The notes below the pieces were generated by a model. That model was not told the origin of the DNA and made no database searches. It saw nothing but the letters and a program-made list of their open reading frames with translations. Positions 8,943-18,918 of a DNA stretch of 64,000 nucleotides are shown here, in pieces; position 1 is the first letter of the stretch, and each line of letters opens with the position of its first letter. This DNA comes from Saprospiraceae bacterium. GTDB taxonomy: Bacteria > Bacteroidota > Bacteroidia > Chitinophagales > Saprospiraceae. The stretch lies in assembly GCA_965222005.1 (NCBI GenBank), contig OZ244935.1, positions 5,458,639 through 5,522,638 of the forward strand, written 5' to 3'. The position numbers and the translations under genes were made by a program.

Positions 8943-10439
8943 TTATCGGTTTGCTTTCGTAAAGGGTAATATAGCAGGTTCTTCCCTTCCCAGCAAGCGG
9001 ATCATGTATTGGCCGGCAGCTAAAGATTCGACAGACACTTCAATTTCAAATGCTGTATTATCAAATTGATGGGTCGAAATCAATTGCCCGCTAAAATTCA
9101 GCAATTCATAATATTTGTACTTGTTGCCTTCCGGCAGGATGATAGCCACCGAGGCATGAGCCGTAGTGGGATATAAAACCGGAACATCAATAGCTTCCAG
9201 CACAATTACGATCACGCGACTCAAGCTACTGTTGCCATCAAAATCTACTTGCCTCAAGCGGTAATAATGGGTTCCTTTGCTAACATCTTCGTGGATGTAT
9301 TGGTAATTGTGAATACCAGAAGAAGTGCCTGCACCCTTTTTGCGAATCAAAGTAGCAAAACTTGCCCCATCCCTGCTGTGTTGCAACTCAAAATAATCAT
9401 TTTGCTGCTCATCTCCGGTGAGCCAATCTATATGTACATCATTTTTATCCGCTGTCGCCCTAAAGCCCAGCAACTCTACGGGCAGGGGATTGTTGGCGAT
9501 GGAAACGCCATTGAGTGTACTGCTAATCAGTACATTGGTACTCGTATTGGCCCATGAGGAGGCGGAAGCCGCTACATCTTCTGCATAGACTGTAAAGGTA
9601 AATCCGCCAACCAGCTGAGTAGCTGCCAGCCCGGCATCAGTTGCTGCATTGACATTCTTATTGTTATCGCTACCGGCGGTTCCAGCCACCGGATTGCAAG
9701 GGTCGGTCATATCCACTGTACCTGTACTGGCCGCTACAAATACGCCGGTGCCACTCGTTAGCCAGGGGCTGGTGGGAGCAGGGGCGGTGCAGGTATTGTC
9801 AGTAGTAGCGCCAGCCGGTGCTGCGCTCGAATCGTAAAATCCATCATAAGTCGCAGAACCAAAATCAGTACCCGTCTTGTCAAAAAACACAATTGATGTA
9901 CTGATAAATGCTTCAGCAGCAGGGTTGATGCCCGTCATATTGACGGTCAGATCAGAAGCAAATACGTTTACATGAGAAGCAAAGCTTACCTTAATCCGAT
10001 AGCCCCTCCTGTCGGCTGTGCTGCTTTCGCTATGTCCAGAATCCCCCAAAGGGATATTACCTCCCAAACCTGAAGTAGTCTGTATTATATCGTGTTTATT
10101 CCCCGCAAAAGCATCTATTATCCCATCTACACTATACACATCAGTAGCGTGAAGTATTTCAAAATCAAATGTAATGTCATTGGCTCCACCGGCAGTGGTA
10201 CAGTCCAGGTTGGCCTCATCCCAGATATCAAAGCTCTGCGTATTGGAGTCATTGGCGCCTGATGCGCCATTGACAATGTAAGGCCCATAAGGAGTAGCAA
10301 AGGTGAAATCTCCTACTGTAGTGCCAAAATCCAAATTGCATTGACTCTGTACACCGGAAATAAAAAAGAGAAAGAAAATGAAACTGTAAAGTAACTTAAG
10401 CATAATTGATATGTATTGCAGCCTGCCATGGTGACTCAC
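8943..10439 (-). CDS. Secreted protein with C-terminal T9SS sorting domain
   Basis: Signal peptide MLKLLYSFIFFLFFISGVQSQ. C-terminal roughly 80 aa resemble a T9SS type-A sorting domain (…YELLNFSGQLIS…IEVSVESLAAGQYMIRLL…). Central region is Thr/Ala/Gly-rich. Confidence 0.6.
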   Translation of the reverse strand: MSHHGRLQYISIMLKLLYSFIFFLFFISGVQSQCNLDFGTTVGDFTFATPYGPYIVNGASGANDSNTQSFDIWDEANLDCTTAGGANDITFDFEILHATDVYSVDGIIDAFAGNKHDIIQTTSGLGGNIPLGDSGHSESSTADRRGYRIKVSFASHVNVFASDLTVNMTGINPAAEAFISTSIVFFDKTGTDFGSATYDGFYDSSAAPAGATTDNTCTAPAPTSPWLTSGTGVFVAASTGTVDMTDPCNPVAGTAGSDNNKNVNAATDAGLAATQLVGGFTFTVYAEDVAASASSWANTSTNVLISSTLNGVSIANNPLPVELLGFRATADKNDVHIDWLTGDEQQNDYFELQHSRDGASFATLIRKKGAGTSSGIHNYQYIHEDVSKGTHYYRLRQVDFDGNSSLSRVIVIVLEAIDVPVLYPTTAHASVAIILPEGNKYKYYELLNFSGQLISTHQFDNTAFEIEVSVESLAAGQYMIRLLGREEPAILPFTKANR

Positions 10440-10655
10440 TCAGTATAACCTGAGCAGCCATTGTATTAATTTCAGGCTTAATGAGCGGGGAATATTGTTT
10501 GGAAAGAAACTCAAAAGGGATGCCAAACAGAGCAAGTTGAGCTGTCCAGTCCCGTTTAGCACAAGCAAACAGCATCCAAAAACACAATACTAGGTATTGA
10601 AAAATATTACCTGCCAACTTTAGCAGCCATCACCAATGGAGCAGTAAAGGCTCTC

Positions 10656-13600
10656 CTACTTCTGATAAAAGGTCTTGATAGGCACATCCACGCCAAATCC
10701 CAGGAAGTAGCGAACCGACTCCAGGCTCACATCTTCGCCCTTTATTTGGCGGATTTGAGGGCCATACTGACCTCCGAGGGCAAAGTAAAAGGGAGAGCGT
10801 TTGAGATTCCAGTGAAGCTGCAGACCCGGCTTGAGAATGTTTTTAAAGTTGAATACGCTATCGCCCAAGTTCTCTGAATCGGCCCGATAGCTCAACAGGC
10901 CACCCAGATCAAGGAAGGAGATGAAAAAGGAAAAAGAGCTTTTTTTGCCCCCCACCAGGCTACTGATGCTAATGCCTATCGGGATGGTGGGTGCCAGGCT
11001 TAAATACCCATCATCCTCCTGGCTCAACTCCGGCCCCGACCACTGCTCCCAGCCAGCCGTACCACCGATGTAGGCATTGAGGCCAACGGTCAGCTGATTC
11101 TTGCGTTTGATTCGCGAGCTACCCGGCGGATCGGACACATTGCTCAACAAATCTTTCACCTGGCCCTGCTCTTCAGCATCCACCAGGTCAGCAATGAAAT
11201 CGCCATATTTGTGCAGGTATTTGATAGCCGGCTTACGCTTACCGGCCTTTATCTCTTTGTCAATATCTTTATCCAAATGACCAAATAGGCGCAATATCGA
11301 ACTCACCGCATGCCGATGATCATTGACGTTGAGGTAATAAATAAAATCCAGTGTCTGATTAGCAATAGCTGGCACATTGGCTAAAGCCGGAATTTGGTCC
11401 TTGAGCGGCAAAAACTCGGAAGGACTGTTTTTTTGTACCATCAAGGGCAATTCCAGTATCCGGTTGAGTGTGTTCACCGCAAAGGCCGCCTTGTGATAAA
11501 AGGCCATTGAATCCTTCTCCAACAGGCTATCGCGCTCACTATATGCAGGCAAATTTTGCAAATCGGTTACGGTCAGTTCTACCAATTGAGCGATGCCGGC
11601 CGGAGAGAACAAGCCCACATTCTTGACACTGGCCAGACGCTGGCCGAGCAGGCCCAAAAATATGTTTTGCCGCATACCGCCGTCCATCAAGGTGTCGAAC
11701 TGTCCTTTTGTCAACCATTTGCGCTCTTCAGCCGCACCACTACGCAAGCCATACATAAGTTGTGAAGCGATTTCGGTGGTTTGCATGATTGGCACGGCAT
11801 TATCCCGCGCACGGCTTTCAATTTTGGAGAACTTCTCCTCCAACACTCCTATTTGGTTAGCCAAAAGTGCCAATTCGTCGGCAAATTCAGCGACTTGTGA
11901 AATTACCGGCGCATAGGGAGCCACTCCTTTTCGATCTTGCAGATAGAGCTGTACGGGACTGGCATTGAAAAAATTGTCGGCCTTGGCTCGCATACGTTCG
12001 TCGAGCGCAATGACGCGCTCTTCCACCGCTCTGAGCTTATCCCGCTTGAGTGTCAGTTTTGCCAGTGCTGCCTCCTTTTCTTCCAGCAAATCCAACTCTG
12101 GTTTGAAGTCGATATCGTCAAAATCCCGGATCAGTTGAGCCAGCAGCTCAAAGGCCATGCGATCATCATAATTGGTGTGCTTTTTCCAAAATCGCTTGGC
12201 AGCCAGGGTGCTATCTCTCAATTGCTTGCGCTTATTGTCCACCTCCCGCATTGCTCTGCGCAAAGCACCCTCGGGATCCATTCTGGCCTTCCATTCATCC
12301 ACTGCCTGCTGATAACTGACCAGATCGTGCAACCAAGCGCGAAAGATGTCGGCAACAGTTTGGTCCTGATACCAGGTACCATTAAGGTTGTTAGCCAATT
12401 CAAGACCGGCAGCCCGCCATTGTTGGGGGTTGCGCTCTTTGCCAAAGAAATTGTCATAAGATTCCAACGTATTGTAGCCCAGCAGATAGGCGGAATCCAG
12501 GCGGCCTGCCAACAAGTGAGGAAGCAGGCTCAAATCAAACTCGTCCTCCCACATACTACCCAGCAGTACTTCCAGATCATAGGCTTCGCGGCGCAAATAG
12601 TCATTGCCAAAAGGAGCCGCAATGGTATCGGTAAAGTTTTGGCGATAGTGGCGGATGGTATCGCGTAGCATGAACTCGGCATTGTCAATATCTTGATAAA
12701 TTACAAACATCCGATTGACAAGCTTTTGCGACAGATGAATCAACGAATCGTATTCAGCAGAGCCCGGCGCCTTTTCAGCTATTTCCAAATTGACGGTTTT
12801 TATCGCCTCTCCGTAGCTCTGATGCAGATACCGATGAGTCACCGGCAGCACTTCCTCCACAGGAACTCCCTTGCGGGCCATCCCGATCATACTGTAAGTG
12901 GCCAACAGATTGTAAGCTATGGGATCGCTTTGCAGCGGTTTGAAGTAATCATCTTCCAGCAGCAGCAACGGCAGACGTAGGCTGAGCTGCTGTAAATCCT
13001 GGTAAAAAGCATCCCGCAGTCGCTCAATAAAGGAATTGGAGTAGGTGAAATCCTGATTGGAAAACTGGGTTACTACGGTAGGAAAGAGGGCAATAAAATC
13101 AGGGGTATCGTCATTGAGCATGCGATCCAAAAAATTCACAACCACCTCATCTTTTGCCTTGTCCAATACAAACTGAAACAAGCCTCTGATCACTGCCACC
13201 GAATTGAGAATGCCGTTGTTGATATTGGTATTGCTCTCTTCAGCAGCCAATCTCATGGAGGACGTTGTCTTGATTGGGGGTAAGCGATAGCGATCCAAGG
13301 CATTACCTACCGACAGGTATTGGGAAGGAGCAATTGCCTGCTCGGCATGCAGCAAAGAGATAATCTTTTGGCGGGGTCCCTCCTGTTTGCGGCGCAGATG
13401 CGCTTGGGTCTGGCTGGTCAGCAAACTGTACATGCTATCCGTCATGACGAGCATGCTATCGGTAAAAAGTTGGGAGATGTGCCTGTTGTTGTCATAGCGA
13501 CTCAAAAACTCCTCCCATGAGCTGGCCGTGATGGTATCCGTTAGTGCGGATTGGTTGTAGTTGTGCAAAATGGCCAGCAACTCAGCTGCGGAGGCCAGCT

Positions 13601-13754
13601 TGACCGAATCGGAAATGACTGTATCCCGGGAGCTGAGTGTTTGTACGGCCTGCAGCATTTGTTCAGTATCTTCCAGCAAACTTTGCGCCGCCAGGCGGCC
13701 GCTTCCCAAAATAAAGAGCACTAAAATAACACAGAGGGATTTGGGCAAATTCAT
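10656..13754 (-). CDS. Hypothetical 1032-aa secreted/outer-membrane protein (coiled-coil central region, beta-barrel-like C-terminus)
   Basis: Signal peptide MNLPKSLCVILVLFILGSGRLAAQ. The C-terminal roughly 150 aa have an alternating amphipathic pattern and end in an aromatic-rich strand (…VRYFLGFGVDVPIKTFYQK), typical of outer-membrane beta-barrels. No recognisable catalytic motif. Confidence 0.5.
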   Translation of the reverse strand: MNLPKSLCVILVLFILGSGRLAAQSLLEDTEQMLQAVQTLSSRDTVISDSVKLASAAELLAILHNYNQSALTDTITASSWEEFLSRYDNNRHISQLFTDSMLVMTDSMYSLLTSQTQAHLRRKQEGPRQKIISLLHAEQAIAPSQYLSVGNALDRYRLPPIKTTSSMRLAAEESNTNINNGILNSVAVIRGLFQFVLDKAKDEVVVNFLDRMLNDDTPDFIALFPTVVTQFSNQDFTYSNSFIERLRDAFYQDLQQLSLRLPLLLLEDDYFKPLQSDPIAYNLLATYSMIGMARKGVPVEEVLPVTHRYLHQSYGEAIKTVNLEIAEKAPGSAEYDSLIHLSQKLVNRMFVIYQDIDNAEFMLRDTIRHYRQNFTDTIAAPFGNDYLRREAYDLEVLLGSMWEDEFDLSLLPHLLAGRLDSAYLLGYNTLESYDNFFGKERNPQQWRAAGLELANNLNGTWYQDQTVADIFRAWLHDLVSYQQAVDEWKARMDPEGALRRAMREVDNKRKQLRDSTLAAKRFWKKHTNYDDRMAFELLAQLIRDFDDIDFKPELDLLEEKEAALAKLTLKRDKLRAVEERVIALDERMRAKADNFFNASPVQLYLQDRKGVAPYAPVISQVAEFADELALLANQIGVLEEKFSKIESRARDNAVPIMQTTEIASQLMYGLRSGAAEERKWLTKGQFDTLMDGGMRQNIFLGLLGQRLASVKNVGLFSPAGIAQLVELTVTDLQNLPAYSERDSLLEKDSMAFYHKAAFAVNTLNRILELPLMVQKNSPSEFLPLKDQIPALANVPAIANQTLDFIYYLNVNDHRHAVSSILRLFGHLDKDIDKEIKAGKRKPAIKYLHKYGDFIADLVDAEEQGQVKDLLSNVSDPPGSSRIKRKNQLTVGLNAYIGGTAGWEQWSGPELSQEDDGYLSLAPTIPIGISISSLVGGKKSSFSFFISFLDLGGLLSYRADSENLGDSVFNFKNILKPGLQLHWNLKRSPFYFALGGQYGPQIRQIKGEDVSLESVRYFLGFGVDVPIKTFYQK

Positions 13755-13775
13755 GATTTGGGGAGTGTAGTTGAA

Positions 13776-14783
13776 TTAAGAAATATTGGCCATAGCATTT
13801 TCCATAAACGTATTCAAAAGGCCGAGTTCTTTCACAAAGTCATCAAATGACGAGGCGCTTTGCAAGTTCTGGTGCCGTGTTTTCAGGCTGGAAATTTCTG
13901 TGTCGGTAGCATCCAATGTATTCTCTTCCAGCGCCAAACGATAGTCTGAAACTGCTGTCGATTGGCGAGTAGCTTCTGTCTGATAGGCTGTATGGCTATT
14001 CAGATCCGTTCCCTGCGACTCAAAAGAAGTAGTCTTTTGTGCTATCTCCAGCAGGCAGGTGGCAAGGATATACAGGGCTTGCTCATTAAGCTGGCTGGGC
14101 GGATTGGTAGGATCGGGCAAATCCGTTGCTGCCTCTTTTATCTGTGCTTTGATGAAGGCATTGAGTTTTTTATAAAGCCTTAGAAATATCGACACCTCGG
14201 TACTGCTGGCAATCATATCGCCACGGGTTTTCATGTGGTTGACTTTGGCCTGACTGGATTCGATGGCGTTGGTGGTAAGCAGTTCACGGAAGGCTGCTAC
14301 TACTAGCTGCTGTTCGGTACTGAGCTCCTGATACGATGAATTATTATCCAGATCGGCGCCCTGATTATTGAAAAAAACGACGCGCTCATCTTCCTGTTGC
14401 AAAGTGATGCGAAGGGCATTGAGCATCCGTGTATTCCACATCGAGGTTTGAGTGGTAGCGATGCGTTGCAAAGCAGAAGCAAGCAAATCGTTTTTAAGAA
14501 AAGCCAGTAGTTGGCGACTGTGCTGGAGGTAGGTTGTCAGATCGGTTGGGTCGCAGCTATCTACTTTTAGCACCTTTTCAGCAATTTTCCCGGCATCGAA
14601 AGAAATGGCCTGCTCCCAGAGTTTTGGATTGAAGAAATGGCCAAATAGTTTTTGGTAATCGGCCTGGAGCTGCTGTACATCTGTTCGTTGGGTGGTCTGT
14701 GCTTTTTCCACTGCATCCATTTTCACCAGGCAAACACGTCGGGAGTGGTACAGGATTCTTTTAAGTTTTTCGTTTTGAGGCAT
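13776..14783 (-). CDS. Hypothetical protein (335 aa), probably co-transcribed with the downstream 1032-aa gene
   Basis: 21-bp gap to the next gene on the same strand. No signal peptide. Predicted mostly alpha-helical. No recognised domain. Confidence 0.5.
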   Translation of the reverse strand: MPQNEKLKRILYHSRRVCLVKMDAVEKAQTTQRTDVQQLQADYQKLFGHFFNPKLWEQAISFDAGKIAEKVLKVDSCDPTDLTTYLQHSRQLLAFLKNDLLASALQRIATTQTSMWNTRMLNALRITLQQEDERVVFFNNQGADLDNNSSYQELSTEQQLVVAAFRELLTTNAIESSQAKVNHMKTRGDMIASSTEVSIFLRLYKKLNAFIKAQIKEAATDLPDPTNPPSQLNEQALYILATCLLEIAQKTTSFESQGTDLNSHTAYQTEATRQSTAVSDYRLALEENTLDATDTEISSLKTRHQNLQSASSFDDFVKELGLLNTFMENAMANIS

Positions 14784-14965
14784 TGGTTTCGATTTCGTTT
14801 GGTAATGTTATCCGGAAAGTAAATTACTAAAATTTTTAAAAATCACAGGCTCCGGCCTGTGGCCATGATCCAAATCACTCACAAAGTTGATCTGGCTCAT
14901 AGATGTTTCGTCAGCTCTACACTACATTTCGGCAAACTAATTTTTCAACCTTAATCTAACAATAA

Positions 14966-15538
14966 ATGAAGTCTTTCCCCTTGTTCACAATCCTTGCTCT
15001 GATGGTCACTTTGGTACTGTCTTGCAATAATGCGCCAAGTAATCAAACGACCACTACTGCTACTACTTCGCCCGCTGATGAGCCTGTATTAACCGGGCAG
15101 TCCGGCGTGGTGGATGAGCTTTCGGAAAAAAACATTCTGCATGTAGCTCTGGGCTCCAAAGATCACTCAACATTGGTAGCTGCTGTCAAAGCTGCCGAGC
15201 TGGCTGATGTGCTTACCAATGCCGGGCCGCTCACGGTATTTGCTCCTACCAACGAAGCCTTCGATAAGCTCCCCGAAGGCACGGTGGACAATTTGCTGAA
15301 GCCGGAAAATAAAGCAACATTGGCCCACATCATCAAATACCACGCAGCTCCCGGCAAGTATGATTCGGGCAATATCCGTGGAGTGATGGGCATTGGCCAG
15401 GCTACTGGTGATAAGGTAAAGGTAGAAACAAAGGATGGCGTCACCACCGTAAATGGTGCCAAAGTACTGGCTTCTGTAGAAGCATCCAATGGCGTCGTTC
15501 ATGTCATTGATCAAGTGCTATTGCCGCCAGAGCAATAA
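14966..15538 (+). CDS. Fasciclin (FAS1) domain lipoprotein
   Basis: Signal peptide with Cys (LSCNN). FAS1 motifs present (TVFAPTNEAFDKLPEGTVDNLL; VVHVIDQVLLP). Confidence 0.85.
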   Translation: MKSFPLFTILALMVTLVLSCNNAPSNQTTTTATTSPADEPVLTGQSGVVDELSEKNILHVALGSKDHSTLVAAVKAAELADVLTNAGPLTVFAPTNEAFDKLPEGTVDNLLKPENKATLAHIIKYHAAPGKYDSGNIRGVMGIGQATGDKVKVETKDGVTTVNGAKVLASVEASNGVVHVIDQVLLPPEQ

Positions 15539-15725
15539 ACTTTGGCGAGTAGCCAGATAGCTACTTACACAGCAGAAGGTCTTTTATTTATCTTATCTAT
15601 ACTTCAAGCCGCCAAGTTTTGTGTGTAGGCATAAGACTTGGCAAAGCCCGGTATAAAATCTGGTTAATAATTTCGGATTAAGGATAAAAACTAATACCTT
15701 ACTACTTCACCAAACCCTGATTTCC

Positions 15726-16526
15726 ATGGAAAACCTGAGTATTAAATCGTTGCTGTGCACCATTTGTATGGCCATGCTGCTTTCTACCACCCTCTTTGCC
15801 CAGGAGAAAGAAAAAGAAAAGGGCGACTTTTACCTTGTAAACATCGAATATGTTAGCCCTGAAAACAGGGCTGAGTATGTAAAGTGGGGAGAAGAATTCA
15901 AAGCACTCGCTGCAAAAACGAACTTTCGCAATTTCTATGTCACCAGTGACATGGAAGCCTTTTACTACGTCTGGAATGTAGGGCAGGAAAAAGACGCTGT
16001 GGCCGCATTCTATCAGGAATGGAATGAATGGACCAAGGCAAATCCGGGAGCGGATGAAATGTACAAAAAGTACAGCCATACCATGTCGCACATGAAAACA
16101 GAGCTTTGGCGCAAAGATGTTGTCAATTCCTATCAACCAAAAGGATATCAATCAGATGGCGCCAACACTTACACCCGGAATTTTACAGGTTACCTGAAGC
16201 CTGGAAATGGAAAGGCTGTTAACGAACTTTTGAAGGAATATGTAGATGAATGGACTGCCAGAGGCATTTCCCAGCCGTATAACATTTACTGGAATATGAT
16301 GGGTACTGAGCAGCCTTGTATGATGGTAGTCTCTTCCTACAAGGATCGGGAGGCCTGGATAGCCGAACGCAAAGAAGTTATGGAAAAAATTGGCAAAGAA
16401 AAACTGGAAGCCTGGGACATGCGCTGGAATAAGCTGCTCCGTAAAATGGAAACCCGTGAAATGTATCCGCGAATGGATCTTAGCCATCTAAAATCTCCTG
16501 TAGCTACCGCAACTTCTGACGAATAA
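15726..16526 (+). CDS. Hypothetical secreted protein
   Basis: Signal peptide MENLSIKSLLCTICMAMLLSTTLFAQE. 266 aa. No recognised domain. Confidence 0.45.
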   Translation: MENLSIKSLLCTICMAMLLSTTLFAQEKEKEKGDFYLVNIEYVSPENRAEYVKWGEEFKALAAKTNFRNFYVTSDMEAFYYVWNVGQEKDAVAAFYQEWNEWTKANPGADEMYKKYSHTMSHMKTELWRKDVVNSYQPKGYQSDGANTYTRNFTGYLKPGNGKAVNELLKEYVDEWTARGISQPYNIYWNMMGTEQPCMMVVSSYKDREAWIAERKEVMEKIGKEKLEAWDMRWNKLLRKMETREMYPRMDLSHLKSPVATATSDE

Positions 16527-16549
16527 ATACCCCAAAGCTGAAAAACAGT

Positions 16550-16581
16550 AATGCCTTTCGCCATTTTTGGCGAAAGGCATT
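16550..16581. terminator. Bidirectional rho-independent terminator between convergent genes
   Basis: Perfect 13-bp inverted repeat AATGCCTTTCGCC-ATTTTT-GGCGAAAGGCATT, flanked by an A-run upstream and a T-rich stretch downstream. It sits between the stop of 15726-16526 (+) and the stop of glnN (-). Confidence 0.6.
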
Positions 16582-16616
16582 CTGCTTTTAAATTGGTCAC
16601 TCAAAAAGCCTAAGAA

Positions 16617-18800
16617 TCACCTCGTAAACAACAGCTCGCGATACTTGATCAACGGCCATCGTTCATCATCCACCATCATTTCGAGTTCATCACAGTGAAT
16701 GCGAATCTCTTCAAAAAACGGCTTCACTTTGCTGCAAAAAGCCTCTGCCTGCTTGTCGGCATTATCAATTTTATTGGCTTTTCCGACAGCCTGGTTCATC
16801 GCATCTACTTTGGACTTGATCGCTGAGATGTGTTTGGATATTTGCTCAATGAGGTCGATTTGCTCTTTGGCCAACTTCCTGTAATTTTTGTCAAAAATCA
16901 TTTTCAGTCCCCGAACATTTTCAATCAGAGTATTCTGGTAATTGACCGCCGTTGGCACTACGTGGTTGCGGGCAATATCACCCAGCACCCGCGCCTCGAT
17001 CTGCAGACGCATCGTATATTCTTCCACTTCTATTTCGTGGCGCGCCTTCACTTCCCGGGCACTCATCACCTCCATCTCCTCATAAAGCGCCAGTGCCGCC
17101 GGGCTCACCTTTACGTGCAACGCTGCAGGGGTAGTTTTATTATTGGAAAGGCCCCGCTTCTCAGCCTCGCGTTCCCAGGATTTGCTGTATCCGTCACCTT
17201 CAAACAAAATGGCTCGCGAAGTTTTGATATACTTTTTCAACACTTGCAATATCGCTTCCTGCTTGGCCATTTTTTTACCATCACGCAGCTTCTCAACGGC
17301 CAGTCGAAACTCCTTCAACTGCTTAGCCATTATCATGTTGAGTACAGTCATCGGGCTGGAGCAATTGGCAGAAGAGCCCACCGCACGGAACTCAAATTTA
17401 TTGCCGGTAAAAGCAAAAGGCGAGGTGCGGTTGCGGTCTGTGTTATCCAGCAAAATTTCCGGAATCTTGCTCACTACATTGAGAGTACCGCTACCGTTGT
17501 TAGCACTGCTCTTTTTCCGGGAAGTGCTAACCAATTCGTCCAGCACTTCGCTCAACTGAGAGCCGATAAATACCGACACAATGGCCGGAGGTGCCTCATT
17601 GGCTCCAAGCCGGTGGTCGTTGCCAGCAGTAGCGATGGAAGCACGCAGCAGTTCTTCATAGGTGTTGACCGCTTTGATGGTGTTGACAAAAAAGGTGAGA
17701 AACTGAAGATTGCTCTGTGGCGTACGGCCGGGGCTCAATAAATTGACCCCTGTATCTGTGGCAAGCGACCAGTTGTTGTGTTTTCCCGATCCATTGATAC
17801 CGGCAAATGGCTTTTCGTGCATCAACACTTTGAAGTGATGCCGTGCTGCCACTTTGCCCATAATGTCCATCAGTAAGGAATTGTGATCGACTGCCAGATT
17901 GACCTCTTCGAATAGTGGCGCTAACTCGAATTGATTAGGAGCCACCTCATTGTGGCGGGTTTTTACGGGAATGCCAAGCTTCATACACTCCAGTTCCAGG
18001 TCGCGCATGTAGGCCATTGCCCTTTCGGGAATAGAGCCAAAATAGTGATCGTCCAACTGCTGGCCTTTGGCTGGGGCATGCCCCAGCAAGGTACGACCTG
18101 CCAGCATGATGTCAGGTCGCGCTGCCGCCAGGGCTTTGTCCACCAAAAAATATTCCTGCTCCCAGCCAAGCGTCGCAAACACTTTTTTGACTTTCGGGTC
18201 AAAATATTTAGCCACCTTCGTAGCCTCCCGGTCTATGGCGTGCAAGGTTTTGAGCAGAGGTGTTTTGTAATCCAGGGCTTCGCCTGTGTAGGACACAAAT
18301 ATGGTAGGAATACACAAAGTGGTGCCGTATATGAATGCGGGTGAGCTGGGATCCCAGGCGGTATAACCCCGCGCCTCAAAGGTGTTGCGGATACCACCGG
18401 AGGGAAAGCTGGAAGCATCGGGTTCTTGTTGGACCAATTGGTCGCCGCCAAATTTTTCAATCGCTCCGCCCCCGCCGATGGGCTCAAAAAAAGCGTCGTG
18501 CTTTTCGGCTGTAGCACCTGTAAGAGGCTGAAACCAGTGGGTGTAATGGGTGGCCCCTTTGGAGATGGACCATTCCTTCATACCTACTGCTACCTGATCG
18601 GCCATTTTTCGGTCGATGCGGCTGCCATGTTCGATGGCGCTTAGTACATTTTTGTAGGCTTCTTTTGTCAGAAACTGCCTCATAGCATCCTGATTGAACA
18701 CGTTGGTGCCAAAGAGTTCGGAACGCCTTTTAGTTTCCTCAATAATCACCGGCTGCCGGTCGATTACTTCTTTGAGAATGTGAAATCGGAGTGTTGACAT
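16617..18800 (-). CDS. glnN: Glutamine synthetase type III (GSIII)
   Basis: 727 aa, the characteristic GSIII length. Conserved GS catalytic segments present (…NEVAPNQFELAPLFEEVNLAVDHN…, …KVLMHEKPFAGINGSGKHNNWSL…). Confidence 0.9.
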   Translation of the reverse strand: MSTLRFHILKEVIDRQPVIIEETKRRSELFGTNVFNQDAMRQFLTKEAYKNVLSAIEHGSRIDRKMADQVAVGMKEWSISKGATHYTHWFQPLTGATAEKHDAFFEPIGGGGAIEKFGGDQLVQQEPDASSFPSGGIRNTFEARGYTAWDPSSPAFIYGTTLCIPTIFVSYTGEALDYKTPLLKTLHAIDREATKVAKYFDPKVKKVFATLGWEQEYFLVDKALAAARPDIMLAGRTLLGHAPAKGQQLDDHYFGSIPERAMAYMRDLELECMKLGIPVKTRHNEVAPNQFELAPLFEEVNLAVDHNSLLMDIMGKVAARHHFKVLMHEKPFAGINGSGKHNNWSLATDTGVNLLSPGRTPQSNLQFLTFFVNTIKAVNTYEELLRASIATAGNDHRLGANEAPPAIVSVFIGSQLSEVLDELVSTSRKKSSANNGSGTLNVVSKIPEILLDNTDRNRTSPFAFTGNKFEFRAVGSSANCSSPMTVLNMIMAKQLKEFRLAVEKLRDGKKMAKQEAILQVLKKYIKTSRAILFEGDGYSKSWEREAEKRGLSNNKTTPAALHVKVSPAALALYEEMEVMSAREVKARHEIEVEEYTMRLQIEARVLGDIARNHVVPTAVNYQNTLIENVRGLKMIFDKNYRKLAKEQIDLIEQISKHISAIKSKVDAMNQAVGKANKIDNADKQAEAFCSKVKPFFEEIRIHCDELEMMVDDERWPLIKYRELLFTR

Positions 18801-18918
18801 AGAAGATCGGATTTGAGTTTGCTTAAAGAAAGTGCAAACATACGCATCTATTTTTTTGGATACTCAATCAGAGGAAGGGATTTTTAATAGAAAATTAATA
18901 GAAAATTTACCAGCAGGC

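Noticed and set aside
11937-12668. Long antisense ORFs inside well-supported genes (e.g. 11937-12668, 16830-17741, 23692-24753, 29630-30292, 31352-32368, 42499-43095, 52824-53315)
   Set aside because: They lie entirely within and opposite to genes with strong domain evidence. They have no start or signal context and low-complexity composition, so they are typical spurious ORFs in GC-moderate DNA.
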